From a virus (lineage: Duplodnaviria; Caudoviricetes), in IMG/VR virus record IMGVR_UViG_3300048020_000321, positions 1 through 45,278 of that record: DNA of 45,278 bases; one strand, given 5' to 3'. Of the stretch, positions 28,495-37,736 are shown piece after piece (the stretch's first letter is position 1; the number at the start of each line of letters is the position of its first letter). The notes under the pieces were generated by a model. It saw nothing but the letters and a program-made list of their open reading frames with translations. It ran no database searches and was not told the origin of the DNA. The translations under genes and the position numbers were made by a program.

Positions 28495-29546
28495 TAAACT
28501 ACATCGTCTTTAGATACTCCCAGAACCCTGGCTTTCCAGTCTGGCATGGACTCAAGATTATCGGCTTCTTCTTTTGCTGCCTTTCTTTGCATATTGGCAA
28601 TCTTTACCATAACCTTTCGTTCTTCCTCCTCTTGAAATAGTTGAACTAAAGCTAATATGCTAGAATTTTGCTTTTGTTGGGAAGATACCCTTTTTGACCT
28701 GTCGCCCTGGAGTTTTTGAATTAAAGATTCCATCCTCTTTTCGCATTGATTATACTCTTCACTTTTTGTTTTTAAAAGTTCAGCGAGTCTAACGGTGAGA
28801 TCCTGCTGATCCTCTGCGTCGTTAAACATTCTATTTAATTTGCTCATTGCTCCTTGAATATTTTTTAAATGAATATAATCCATGCAAACATTGATGTACA
28901 AATTAATTTCATCATTACTTAAGTCAGGTTTGTCCCAAGTAGCTCTTACAAATTCCGCTTCAAACAAATCCCTATCCTCCATGCTATCATAAGTATTTAC
29001 AACTTGAGTAAATCTTGGTGAAGATAAAAAGGCGCCCAGTGATTCTATAGCTTTTTTTTGCCCTATATTTAGTTTCTCCTCTTCGATATTTTTTTGACAA
29101 CAATCGTTGATTTTTTTTATAATTTTACTTACCGCTTTTGGTGCGGAATATTTTCTATTAACTGCATTTTCGGAAGGGTGTAAATCTAATGAATCTTGAC
29201 TTTCGATGTATTGTAAAATGCAGTCATATTCTTTTGAATTCCTTGTTACTCTTACCTCTGGAAATAATACGCTAGCGATTTGCAATGCATTCATTCCGTC
29301 CCGAGAAGAATTGCAAACAAATTCTTTTTGAGATTCTGATAATTTTATATCATCCTTTGGGTACACATGCTTGGTGTCATAATTAATTCCCTCAGCAACC
29401 ATAAAAGCTCTCACGGCCCGGCCCTGCTTACTTCTTCCATCTATATTATCTTCTCCTGGAAAAGCTAATTTAGTTAGCTCCGTAAGGTCGCTAATTGTTG
29501 AGCCATTTTCGGAGACTATTCTTTTTTGCTCTTCTGTTAAATCCAT
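28494..29546 (-). CDS. Hypothetical coiled-coil protein (possible terminase small subunit)
   Basis: Two HTH-like N-terminal repeats (LTEEQK / LSESQK) and a coiled coil, upstream of terL. Confidence 0.5.
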   Translation of the reverse strand: MDLTEEQKRIVSENGSTISDLTELTKLAFPGEDNIDGRSKQGRAVRAFMVAEGINYDTKHVYPKDDIKLSESQKEFVCNSSRDGMNALQIASVLFPEVRVTRNSKEYDCILQYIESQDSLDLHPSENAVNRKYSAPKAVSKIIKKINDCCQKNIEEEKLNIGQKKAIESLGAFLSSPRFTQVVNTYDSMEDRDLFEAEFVRATWDKPDLSNDEINLYINVCMDYIHLKNIQGAMSKLNRMFNDAEDQQDLTVRLAELLKTKSEEYNQCEKRMESLIQKLQGDRSKRVSSQQKQNSSILALVQLFQEEEERKVMVKIANMQRKAAKEEADNLESMPDWKARVLGVSKDDVV

Positions 29547-30280
29547 GCTATGACATCTGTATCAGGGATTACATCTTCTTTTTTTAGAATTTCCTGAGCC
29601 TTCTGCTTGAATATTTTTTTTAAATTTTTAATTTGCTTATATCCAGCCTTTCTGCCTTTTTCGGAAGTTTTGTAGCCCATTTGACAAGCAACATCTTCTT
29701 CGTCTCGATTCTCTATAAACAGTAATCTATATACTAAAAATTGCTTTTCGGACAGTTCTTCTTGCATAAAAAAATTAAGCTTATCTTGAGCGTCTGTTAT
29801 ACTAAAATTAGTATCCTCCATAGCCTGAACTTCGTTCGAATGGTTTTCTAGAGTAAGTGCCATTTTTATTCCATATGCTGATTTTTTAGTACGCTCCCAT
29901 TTTGCGTATAATGGACAAGAAGAATCCTGAAGACCGCTTTTAGTAAAACCGCACAGCGAAGCCTCTCCGCCGTCTTTAGTGGCGCAAGATTGATTAAACG
30001 GGCAGTTTAAACAAGGTCTAACGAAATTACTATAATTATTTCGCAGGATATTTTTCATTTGATTCGTTATGATTTTATTTATCCAAGGCTTTAAAGATCT
30101 CCTTTGGTCCCATTGGTGCCATTTTTTATGTATGTGAGCTCTAATTATTTGCTCTACATCCTCAAAATCAAACCAAGCCAAAGAGTCAAGGAACCACTTG
30201 CCGCGTCTTTTTTTTATTTCTAAATCTATCTCTAAAGACTTATCCTCGTATGTAAAATTAGTTTTTCCTTGGTCTGCCAC
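29537..30280 (-). CDS. Phage sigma70-family factor with Cys-rich insertion
   Basis: Region 2-like EDVEQ...WINKIITNQMKNILR and region 4-like LSEKQFLVYRL...EDVACQMG, with CLNC..C..C..C between them. Confidence 0.7.
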   Translation of the reverse strand: MADQGKTNFTYEDKSLEIDLEIKKRRGKWFLDSLAWFDFEDVEQIIRAHIHKKWHQWDQRRSLKPWINKIITNQMKNILRNNYSNFVRPCLNCPFNQSCATKDGGEASLCGFTKSGLQDSSCPLYAKWERTKKSAYGIKMALTLENHSNEVQAMEDTNFSITDAQDKLNFFMQEELSEKQFLVYRLLFIENRDEEDVACQMGYKTSEKGRKAGYKQIKNLKKIFKQKAQEILKKEDVIPDTDVIAWI

Positions 30281-30644
30281 GAGCTTTTTTCTGCTTTGTT
30301 TTTTTAATCTTAGGTTCTTCTTTAAACTCTTGAAATTGATCTACGGGAATTATATCTTTTAGACTGAATTTGTTGCTATCCCTCTCTATTGAATAAGATA
30401 GTTTTGATATATTCGGAACTTCATATATGTCCAGACCTTCGGGATCATCTTCTTGAGATGGAATAGGTCTTCTTTTTTTTGTCGAGAGTCCTTGGTTTCT
30501 CTGCTTGGCTACACTCGCGGTAGACGACGTTTGTTTTGCTGCAGATAATATCTTCAGCTCTTCTCCGCAGCCGCCGCAAAAATTTGGAGGCTGGAGAGAA
30601 TACATATTTTTAAAACCACAATGTGGACAGTAAGAAAAAGCCAT
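30258..30644 (-). CDS. Zinc-ribbon protein
   Basis: CPHCG...FCGGCG. Upstream TTGATA-16-TATAAT. Confidence 0.75.
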   Translation of the reverse strand: MAFSYCPHCGFKNMYSLQPPNFCGGCGEELKILSAAKQTSSTASVAKQRNQGLSTKKRRPIPSQEDDPEGLDIYEVPNISKLSYSIERDSNKFSLKDIIPVDQFQEFKEEPKIKKTKQKKARGRPRKN

Positions 30645-30671
30645 AATAATATATTATAGCTTTAAAAAAAA

Positions 30672-31262
30672 TTATATCAAATAGCCGCTAATAACTCTTG
30701 ACTGTTTTCTTATAAAATCTTCGGAATCTTTACTCCATTTTCTTTTTTCTTTAACATATTCAATGCAAATAACTCCAATAATTTTTCCGTTTAATGTTTT
30801 GATTGGCCTAGCAAACATGCTTTTTACCCCTTTTTGCGCAAGAAAAGACCTGAAAGAAAAATCTTCCTTAAATTCGCTTACATTAACACACTCAAAAGTT
30901 TTTTCGCGGGAAATTGAATTCATCAGTCCATGCAAATTTGAAATCCTCAGGTTTTGTAGGCTTTGGCATTCAACGCTTATTCCATCTCCAACAATCTCGT
31001 ATGTACAACTAAGTTTTTGCTGCCCTCTCCCAGAAAAGTACTGTTCTCCATTATGAAACTCTAATATATAAGCCCTATCCGCGCAAGTTTCACTAGCTAT
31101 ATATTGCAGCGCAGTAATTACATTACTATGAGCAGATGGGTCGTAATTTAATTGTTTATGTTTTTTTTCGTCAATTTTGTATTTAATCCAGACGCCAAAA
31201 AGAGCTGTAGCTGCAGATATAAGGCCGGTAATCACGGTGATAAAGTCTAATCCTGTGTCCAT
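30672..31262 (-). CDS. Single-TM GAF-fold protein (T4 holin T-like architecture)
   Basis: N-terminal TM, then ADRAYILEFHNG...GVKSMFARPI..IIGVICIEY GAF pattern. Confidence 0.6.
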   Translation of the reverse strand: MDTGLDFITVITGLISAATALFGVWIKYKIDEKKHKQLNYDPSAHSNVITALQYIASETCADRAYILEFHNGEQYFSGRGQQKLSCTYEIVGDGISVECQSLQNLRISNLHGLMNSISREKTFECVNVSEFKEDFSFRSFLAQKGVKSMFARPIKTLNGKIIGVICIEYVKEKRKWSKDSEDFIRKQSRVISGYLI

Positions 31263-31525
31263 TTTCTATTAAGTATATACGCTAAAAAATAAGAGAATAG
31301 AAACACAAAAAGCAAAATAATAGAAAACCACAAGGCTGGCCCTTTGTAATTATACCTCCCAGACCCCAAAACTTCGTATTCGCCGGGAGAGATTATTAGG
31401 TCGTTATTTTTATCTATATTGTTAAATTTAGCGGAAATAGCATGACTAGGCACTGGATTTGTCCGGTAAACTTTGCTAACCCCACAGGAAGATAGCAGAA
31501 ATATGAGAAGAAATAAACTCCTCAT
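31247..31525 (-). CDS. Lipoprotein with EF-hand-like loop and C-terminal TM (u-spanin-like topology)
   Basis: Start 31525 gives MRSLFLLIFLLSS|C lipobox, DKNNDLIISPGE and a C-terminal hydrophobic helix. Confidence 0.55.
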   Translation of the reverse strand: MRSLFLLIFLLSSCGVSKVYRTNPVPSHAISAKFNNIDKNNDLIISPGEYEVLGSGRYNYKGPALWFSIILLFVFLFSYFLAYILNRKWTQD

Positions 31526-31956
31526 CTTCTCTTGCTGGGGATAGCGTAAAAACCCACGACCATAAAACAAAGATCCATAAAAGATGCAAGCATCAAACCT
31601 CCAGTCATTTGAACCATTTCCCAATCTTTTCCTCCAAATATCCAACTAAAGAACCCCCATTTTGCCCCATCTCCCTTGGGAACAATAATATTATATACTA
31701 TGTGAGGATTCATTGCGTAATATATCATCAGAAAACACATTGTAAAAGTGATACTCATAAACAATATTCTTCTTGTGACTTTAACAAAAGGGTCGCTTGA
31801 GCTTTTTCTCTGGCCATCGATCAAAGCTTGAAGCATCTTGTCGTCTCTGGCTGCGATAGCTAATTGGTCTTGCCTTTTTTGCTCTAGCCAAGAATTAATC
31901 AGGTTGCAGGCGAGCTTTATTCCTGCTCCAATAATTGTGTTAATAATGGGGCCCAT
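31522..31956 (-). CDS. Membrane protein, holin-like
   Basis: Amphipathic N-terminus, two TM helices and a basic C-terminal tail. GTGTAT motif upstream. Confidence 0.55.
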   Translation of the reverse strand: MGPIINTIIGAGIKLACNLINSWLEQKRQDQLAIAARDDKMLQALIDGQRKSSSDPFVKVTRRILFMSITFTMCFLMIYYAMNPHIVYNIIVPKGDGAKWGFFSWIFGGKDWEMVQMTGGLMLASFMDLCFMVVGFYAIPSKRR

Positions 31957-31964
31957 TCATATAT

Positions 31965-32004
31965 ATACACTTTCTAAATTTTAAAAAAATTCATTTTAGT
32001 GTAA
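31965..32004. promoter_or_regulatory. Back-to-back divergent GTGTAW motifs
   Basis: GTGTAT(-) at 31965-31970 is 8 nt from ATG 31956. GTGTAA(+) at 31999-32004 is 9 nt from ATG 32014. Confidence 0.65.
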
Positions 32005-32013
32005 TATAAGTTA

Positions 32014-32211
32014 ATGTCGCAAAAATCCATACTACAATTACTAAGTAAAAACTTAAATTCCTACCAATCAACATGCTGGCTTAAATCGGAAAATGCTAAA
32101 TTAAATGGATCAACTCCAGCAGAGTTAATGATGGACAATAAAACAGATAAGGTAATTAAAATATTACCAGATGAAATTAAAAGAATAAAAAGTAAAAAAA
32201 ATATTAATTAA
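32014..32211 (+). CDS. Solo MbcA/ParS/Xre antitoxin C-terminal-like domain (DUF2384-like)
   Basis: WLKSENAKLNGSTPAELM matches the WL..PN..L.G.TP..LL family motif. Confidence 0.65.
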   Translation: MSQKSILQLLSKNLNSYQSTCWLKSENAKLNGSTPAELMMDNKTDKVIKILPDEIKRIKSKKNIN

Positions 32212-33736
32212 AATATATCCACTTTTTAGTATTATTTGCGTAAAAATAAGGATATATTCTAGGGTTTGACCATATCCATCCATCGTTCGAAGTATAGCCC
32301 CATATTCCATCTTGACTATCTGGTTGGATATACATCCAGTAGATTTTTGTGTGGTAAATCCACCCATTTGAGAATGGTAAATAATCTCCAAGCCAAGTGC
32401 TCTGCCATTCAAGCGAGCTAGCTTCCTGAGAAACTTCAACTTCTTCTTCAACTTCTTCTTCAACTTCTTCTTCAGCTTCTTGGATAGCTGGCTGCAAGTT
32501 TCCTGAAACTCTTGCATTGCTTACATCAGGACCAGTAGATTTAGACAATAATTCTTGATCAAAATACTGGACTGCGGTTGTTTTTTCAAGAACCAAGGAA
32601 AGATAATCTTTATTGCTTGACTGAGAATGAATTTCTTTGTTTGATTTGTCGGTTGTAAATTGCCAGGATAATATCCTGAAAGTCCGATTATGTGCATCGT
32701 TCCTGATCCACCCTCCTCGATCATCTTTTTGATAATCTGTGTTTAAGGAGTTATCCCATGCGCACCCATAAATTAATGTGTCCTGGGATAAATTTAATTG
32801 GCTAATTTGTAGGGTTGATCCGCTTGATACGATACTATCATCAATAATCCACGCAATATCGATCACGCTAGGATCTACAACATTAATTTCTAAAGTATGA
32901 GTGTTATTTACGCTAGAGTTTGTTTCTGTATGACTGTCTATTGGAGAAACATATTTATAAAGCTGTAGAATAATTTGCTCTCTATTTACCGCGTGAAAAT
33001 CTCCGGTATTTGAGTTGTTCATTAATCCGTCATACGAGGTTGGTTTAAAATAATTTGCTCCTTCTTTTTGATATGGCTCATTAATTTCATATCCACGAAA
33101 AGAATCTTTGTATCCAATCCAGTGACCCCATCTCTGCTTTGCTTCTTCTGATGATCTTGCCATGTTAAAAGCATAATCATACATATACTCCTGTATGGTT
33201 GTTTGGTATTCATCCCCTGCCATGCCCAGGACATGACCTATTTCATGAGATACTATACTTGTCCATGGTGCTGCATAGATTAGGCTTGTTGAGCTTCTGT
33301 CAAGCGCTGTACCGAGCCCAAAAACCCTATTCGTTAAAATGGTAGTGCATTCGTTTTGTATGTTAAGCTCGTTTGTGATCGATAAGCACTTCAACCAGTC
33401 GTTCCAGCCGTCCCAATATCCAAGATTAAAATCAAGCCCAAAAGCAGAGTTATTAACATTCTTAATATCTTCGGGATTATTTAAAGCGCTAACAAGGTCT
33501 ATTCTATGAACATTAACAAAATTTTGATATCTATTCCAGAAGGCGTAGTTGTTTTGCATTCCCGACCATATGGTTTCAACATCTTTCTCATAATCAACCA
33601 TCTCATCAGCGAAATATCGATCTCCGATGAAAACTAAGTCTAGTCTATTATCAGACGATCCGCTATCATGTATTGTTTTGTAAGAAGCTGCAAATGAATT
33701 AAAATAAAAAAATATAAGTAGTAAATAATATCTCAT
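32204..33736 (-). CDS. Secreted M64 (IgA peptidase-like) metalloprotease with Trp-rich C-terminal domain
   Basis: Signal peptide, NRLDLVFIGDRY, HEIGH...DEY, acidic linker and WLGDY..GWIYH..GWIW..YPYFY tail. Confidence 0.85.
   Translation of the reverse strand: MRYYLLLIFFYFNSFAASYKTIHDSGSSDNRLDLVFIGDRYFADEMVDYEKDVETIWSGMQNNYAFWNRYQNFVNVHRIDLVSALNNPEDIKNVNNSAFGLDFNLGYWDGWNDWLKCLSITNELNIQNECTTILTNRVFGLGTALDRSSTSLIYAAPWTSIVSHEIGHVLGMAGDEYQTTIQEYMYDYAFNMARSSEEAKQRWGHWIGYKDSFRGYEINEPYQKEGANYFKPTSYDGLMNNSNTGDFHAVNREQIILQLYKYVSPIDSHTETNSSVNNTHTLEINVVDPSVIDIAWIIDDSIVSSGSTLQISQLNLSQDTLIYGCAWDNSLNTDYQKDDRGGWIRNDAHNRTFRILSWQFTTDKSNKEIHSQSSNKDYLSLVLEKTTAVQYFDQELLSKSTGPDVSNARVSGNLQPAIQEAEEEVEEEVEEEVEVSQEASSLEWQSTWLGDYLPFSNGWIYHTKIYWMYIQPDSQDGIWGYTSNDGWIWSNPRIYPYFYANNTKKWIYFN
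32432..32478 (-). repeat. 12-bp tandem repeat encoding the EEEV linker
   Basis: About 3 copies of AACTTCTTCTTC on the + strand. Confidence 0.8.
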
Positions 33737-33742
33737 CTATGA

Positions 33743-33771
33743 ATTATCTCATATATCATGAGACAAGTCAA
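33743..33771 (-). promoter_or_regulatory. sigma70 promoter, leaderless spacing
   Basis: TTGACT-17-GATAAT, then 6 nt, then ATG 33736. Confidence 0.65.
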
Positions 33772-33782
33772 GATTATAATTC

Positions 33783-34349
33783 TTAATTCCCTATAGTGGA
33801 CATTTGCCCAACCACTTCCCAGCTGCCTGGGCCCGTGATAGATAGGCTGTCTTTCGTGCAGCTGAATTTTACATAGGCTTGTCCGGACGCGATATTGTGG
33901 CGACCTCGCCACTGCCCAACATAAACACCTGGCAAAGCGATCGACACTTCCGACCCCCCAATGCTGACTGTTTTTCCGCTAACAGTAACTATATTTAATC
34001 CGGCGATTTTGCTCAAAACCAAGGTTCCCCTCACATTGCTTGAAAGAGCTCCTGGCTGGACTTCGGATTTTATATCTATAACGCCCGCCGAACTTGTTTC
34101 AAACATATCGCTCAAAGTAATCGTGTGTTTGGTTGGGCGCAAATAATTTGAAGTGTTTCCTCGCGATTCGGATATTACCCTGGGCGCGCCAGTGGTATCT
34201 CCATAAGCAATCTTTGTGCTGGAGTTTATGAGCTGATCTACAGTCACTTTGTATGTTGAGCCATCCGCTTTCTGTATGAGTAAAAAATCCGAAGCTGCGT
34301 CAATGTTGCTCCCGATTAAATTTAAGTCTTTAATTTGCTTGTTTGCCAT
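33783..34349 (-). CDS. Putative virion structural/fibre-related protein
   Basis: N-terminal MANKQIKDL..D.LLI..TYKVT attachment-like motif; beta-rich; GTGTAT upstream. Confidence 0.55.
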   Translation of the reverse strand: MANKQIKDLNLIGSNIDAASDFLLIQKADGSTYKVTVDQLINSSTKIAYGDTTGAPRVISESRGNTSNYLRPTKHTITLSDMFETSSAGVIDIKSEVQPGALSSNVRGTLVLSKIAGLNIVTVSGKTVSIGGSEVSIALPGVYVGQWRGRHNIASGQAYVKFSCTKDSLSITGPGSWEVVGQMSTIGN

Positions 34350-34501
34350 ATCAGTATATATACACTATTTCTAAATAAATAAAAGGGACCTGCAGAAACT
34401 CTCTGCATTTCATTATTGTATAATACATATTCATTCAACTACATTCTATTTAAAAATTATAAAAAACATAGAATATATAATATATTACATTACTATATTA
34501 C

Positions 34502-34729
34502 ATGAACAATCAATTGGGAATAACGAGTATATTGCTTTTATTGTTTTATGTAGGATGGTTTGCATGGGATCAAAGAAAAATAATAGAAAAACAAAATCAA
34601 GAAATAATAAAATTAAACCAACAATTAATATTTAAAAACATAGTATTGGACGCTGCGCTTCAAGATATAAATGGACCAGTTAATAAACAAAAATATAATA
34701 AGCCACAAAAACACTTCAATTTTCAATGA
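34502..34729 (+). CDS. Small TM + coiled-coil protein
   Basis: N-terminal hydrophobic helix followed by a heptad-rich segment. ATGA overlap with the next gene. Confidence 0.6.
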   Translation: MNNQLGITSILLLLFYVGWFAWDQRKIIEKQNQEIIKLNQQLIFKNIVLDAALQDINGPVNKQKYNKPQKHFNFQ

Positions 34730-36024
34730 GCGAAATAAATACCGTAAATACCGAAAAAATAAAAGTTTCTGAGCTTGCTTCGATACTAAATCAGTCGGTA
34801 CATAGAGTAAATAAGACTTCCTACAGTATGGTTGAAGGGCAGCCCTGGTGGGGCGACGGCACTCAAGATGTAACGCTCTCCACAGGAATAATAGGAGGCA
34901 TAACTCGCAAAATATGGCCCGGGGATTCAAGCGTGCTTTCAGAAAACAACAATCAGGGTTTATTTATGTATCGTAATGTGACGGTCAACAGCACTGTAAA
35001 CATTAATGGTGATTTTGCGATCATTATGGCTACCGAAAGTATAACCATCACAAGCTATGGGCAATTGCAACTCATTCGCAATCCTCTTGTGGGAACACAA
35101 TTTCCACAACACATACCAAGTTTTTTTCACCCACAGGGAAGAGGTGCAGGAAACAGTTTGCACATTAACGATGTCATATTTTCAGGCAATAGAGGTGTGT
35201 CTTGTAGCGGTGGAGGCGGTGGAGGTGGAGGCGGTGGAAACTCATCCGCATGGGGCGGTTTCTGGGGAGATCATATAATGCATCCCTATTATAGCATCAG
35301 TCTAGGGGCCGGGGGACAGGGTGGCGGTGGAGGACACAATACCGCGGGATCCCACGGACAAAATAGCCCGGAATATGGAAATAATTCCTACTTCAAACAA
35401 TTATTTCAAGGAGGCTCACAACTATCCACTATTGCTAAAGGCGTTGGTGAGTTCAGTTTTAACGTACCAAAAAGACCCAGCTCTGAAAGGGTTAGGTACA
35501 CTAGTCAACCTGGTCGCATATCAACTACCTTGGAGGAAAGAACTTTAGCGTTAGATATTCCCATTATACCCGGAGGCAATGGAGGCCCTGGAGGAAGCAC
35601 AGGAGATTACGGAACCGGAACCAACTACGGTGGCCCGGGCGCTTTGGGGGGAGGAGTGATCTATTTAATAGCTCCCAAGATCGTGATTAATCCAGGTGGT
35701 GAGGTAATCACTCATGGTAGACAAGGACACGGCCAGATCGGCTCCCAGTATTATGCGTCTGGTGCTGGTGGAGGTGGCGGCGGAGGCATGAGTGTATTTA
35801 TTTGCCAACAAGGTGCTGGAAGTATGCTTAATAACAGTAGCATTGACACGGATACCAACGCGGCATGGAGTAGTTGGTCGGCTGGTCATTGGTACAGTGC
35901 TAGCGGAGGTTCTGGCGGGGCCGCCGTCGGAGGATGGGAGCCTAGAGCAGGCGGTAACGGTAGCGCGGGCACCCAAATGATACGTGTTATACAGCCAGAC
36001 GGAAGCGTCCGGCTTGCGCATTAA
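34726..36024 (+). CDS. Glycine-rich tail fibre/spike-like protein
   Basis: Poly-Gly blocks (GGGGGGG, GGNGGPGG, GGGVIYLIA) typical of phage glycine-rich fibre domains. Confidence 0.6.
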   Translation: MSEINTVNTEKIKVSELASILNQSVHRVNKTSYSMVEGQPWWGDGTQDVTLSTGIIGGITRKIWPGDSSVLSENNNQGLFMYRNVTVNSTVNINGDFAIIMATESITITSYGQLQLIRNPLVGTQFPQHIPSFFHPQGRGAGNSLHINDVIFSGNRGVSCSGGGGGGGGGGNSSAWGGFWGDHIMHPYYSISLGAGGQGGGGGHNTAGSHGQNSPEYGNNSYFKQLFQGGSQLSTIAKGVGEFSFNVPKRPSSERVRYTSQPGRISTTLEERTLALDIPIIPGGNGGPGGSTGDYGTGTNYGGPGALGGGVIYLIAPKIVINPGGEVITHGRQGHGQIGSQYYASGAGGGGGGGMSVFICQQGAGSMLNNSSIDTDTNAAWSSWSAGHWYSASGGSGGAAVGGWEPRAGGNGSAGTQMIRVIQPDGSVRLAH

Positions 36025-36044
36025 TCGAACAATTTACACATATC

Positions 36045-36407
36045 ATGACACAATACAAATTAAAAGTTAAAAAAATAATCCGACAACTCAATACAGAAAC
36101 TCATACTAATGTAGCGATTGTATTGTGGGTGGACGTGATTGGCACAGACTCGCGTGGACTCCAAGTGGCAGAAGAATTAGAAGTTCCTTTATCTCCGCCT
36201 GCGAGCGATCAATTTACCCCGTATCAAGACCTGACTGAGCAGCAAGTAGCTCAATGGGCGACTGATTCGCTAAAAAACACCCCCCAATCTAAATTCGACG
36301 ACCAGGCGGATGCCGAACTTACCCGCATGCAATATGTTGAACAAATAATTGACGCGCGCTTGCAGGAAATTGAGCTGGCGAGTGGTTTACCCTGGGAAAA
36401 TGAATAA
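36045..36407 (+). CDS. Fibre-associated small phage protein
   Basis: FTPYQDLTEQQVAQW...GLPW motif, often seen after fibre genes. Confidence 0.6.
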   Translation: MTQYKLKVKKIIRQLNTETHTNVAIVLWVDVIGTDSRGLQVAEELEVPLSPPASDQFTPYQDLTEQQVAQWATDSLKNTPQSKFDDQADAELTRMQYVEQIIDARLQEIELASGLPWENE

Positions 36408-36445
36408 AACACTTTAATTTTCAAAAATAAATTATAATATATAAC

Positions 36446-36721
36446 ATGACAACAGCAACAACAGAACAAAAACAAGAACAAACAAATAATGCCGCCGAAG
36501 AGCAAGAATTAAGCGCGGATCAACAAAACGCAGTGACTTTCCTGGGCAATCAAATGCTTGCAAATGTAAATATGGCAGAAGCATTTTCTTTGGTTCCCTT
36601 GAGTCAACTAATCAATTTAGTTCAACAACAAGTAATTCAACAAGCAAAAGCGCAAGTTGAAAAAATGAGCGACGAAGAAGTTGCTAAAGTTTTAGAAGAC
36701 GCAGAAACTGTCGGAAGTTGA
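36446..36721 (+). CDS. Hypothetical acidic helical protein
   Basis: 91-aa ORF with TATAAT 7 nt upstream of the ATG. Confidence 0.6.
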   Translation: MTTATTEQKQEQTNNAAEEQELSADQQNAVTFLGNQMLANVNMAEAFSLVPLSQLINLVQQQVIQQAKAQVEKMSDEEVAKVLEDAETVGS

Positions 36722-36965
36722 TAAGTTTTTGCGGATCATAAACAACATCAAAAACGGTGTGTCCTACATTAAGTGATCATTGGGCCAGTTTTAAACCCCG
36801 CTTTCGTAAGAAAAACAGTCAGAGTAATGCAGGCCAGTTCGGATCATAGCCTTCCAAAACAAACCAATTATTCTGCGGATACTGGGATGATGTTGTATAT
36901 ATCCACTTATTACCAGCGGTATCGGTAAAATAAATTGATGATGAATCTATTTCGGCCGGCAACCT

Positions 36966-37730
36966 TCAAAATCTACCGGATGAATGTTTAAGAGGAAAGC
37001 AGGCATTAGCACCTGCAGACGTATGGTCATAACGACTCGGTTTTACGTATGTGCTATATGATATTTTGTTACTGCATAACCAAGGGGGAATTCCTCCTAG
37101 AAAAAACTGACAATGGCGGCTTTGTCCCCGCGTCCAATAATTCATCAGCACTATATCACTTGCTGTCAGCTCATCCGTGCGACTCGACCAGCCTGCTGTA
37201 CCTCCGTTGTAATTCCCTAAAACGTGTGGCTCCCAATCAGTGGTGATTCCAATCCAAGTAGCGGGCGTGTAGGGAGCAGTATGTGTATAAATGAATCCGT
37301 ACCCGGGCAATAAAACAATTGGAATATGAGCTAGACCCACACAGAAAAGGGTTTCGTCATAAGCGTTTATTATAATAGCGGACCATCTGCCGGAGCCGCC
37401 GAATGATTGTTCGTTTCCTTGGCCATATGAGCCAAAAACCACCCCCTCATCCCCTCCCCAACTTTCTTCGCCGCTGTAAGATAGATGGTTGTATCCCACG
37501 CTGTTTCCTCCTGCATAGGGCACTGTCGCTTTGGCCACCCCTAAAAAAGTACCAATAGGAAAATCCGCATTGCCCACAGCACCAAAACTTCCACCACTAC
37601 CATCACCACCAGCAGCACTACCAGCTCCATCATAAATTACTTGACCACCCTTGGTTCGTCTTGTAAATGTTTTATCGCCTATAGCGGCAGATTCTAAAGT
37701 GTTACTCGTTATTGTGGTTTTTATGCTCAT
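36966..37730 (-). CDS. Putative structural protein
   Basis: Gly/Ser linker followed by an aromatic-rich beta domain. The frame stays open past the TGA (see findings). Confidence 0.55.
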   Translation of the reverse strand: MSIKTTITSNTLESAAIGDKTFTRRTKGGQVIYDGAGSAAGGDGSGGSFGAVGNADFPIGTFLGVAKATVPYAGGNSVGYNHLSYSGEESWGGDEGVVFGSYGQGNEQSFGGSGRWSAIIINAYDETLFCVGLAHIPIVLLPGYGFIYTHTAPYTPATWIGITTDWEPHVLGNYNGGTAGWSSRTDELTASDIVLMNYWTRGQSRHCQFFLGGIPPWLCSNKISYSTYVKPSRYDHTSAGANACFPLKHSSGRF

Positions 37731-37736
37731 TTATTG

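Noticed and set aside
32164-32517. 117-aa ORF with KKLK repeats
   Set aside because: Alternative-frame reading of the EEEV linker in the M64 gene.
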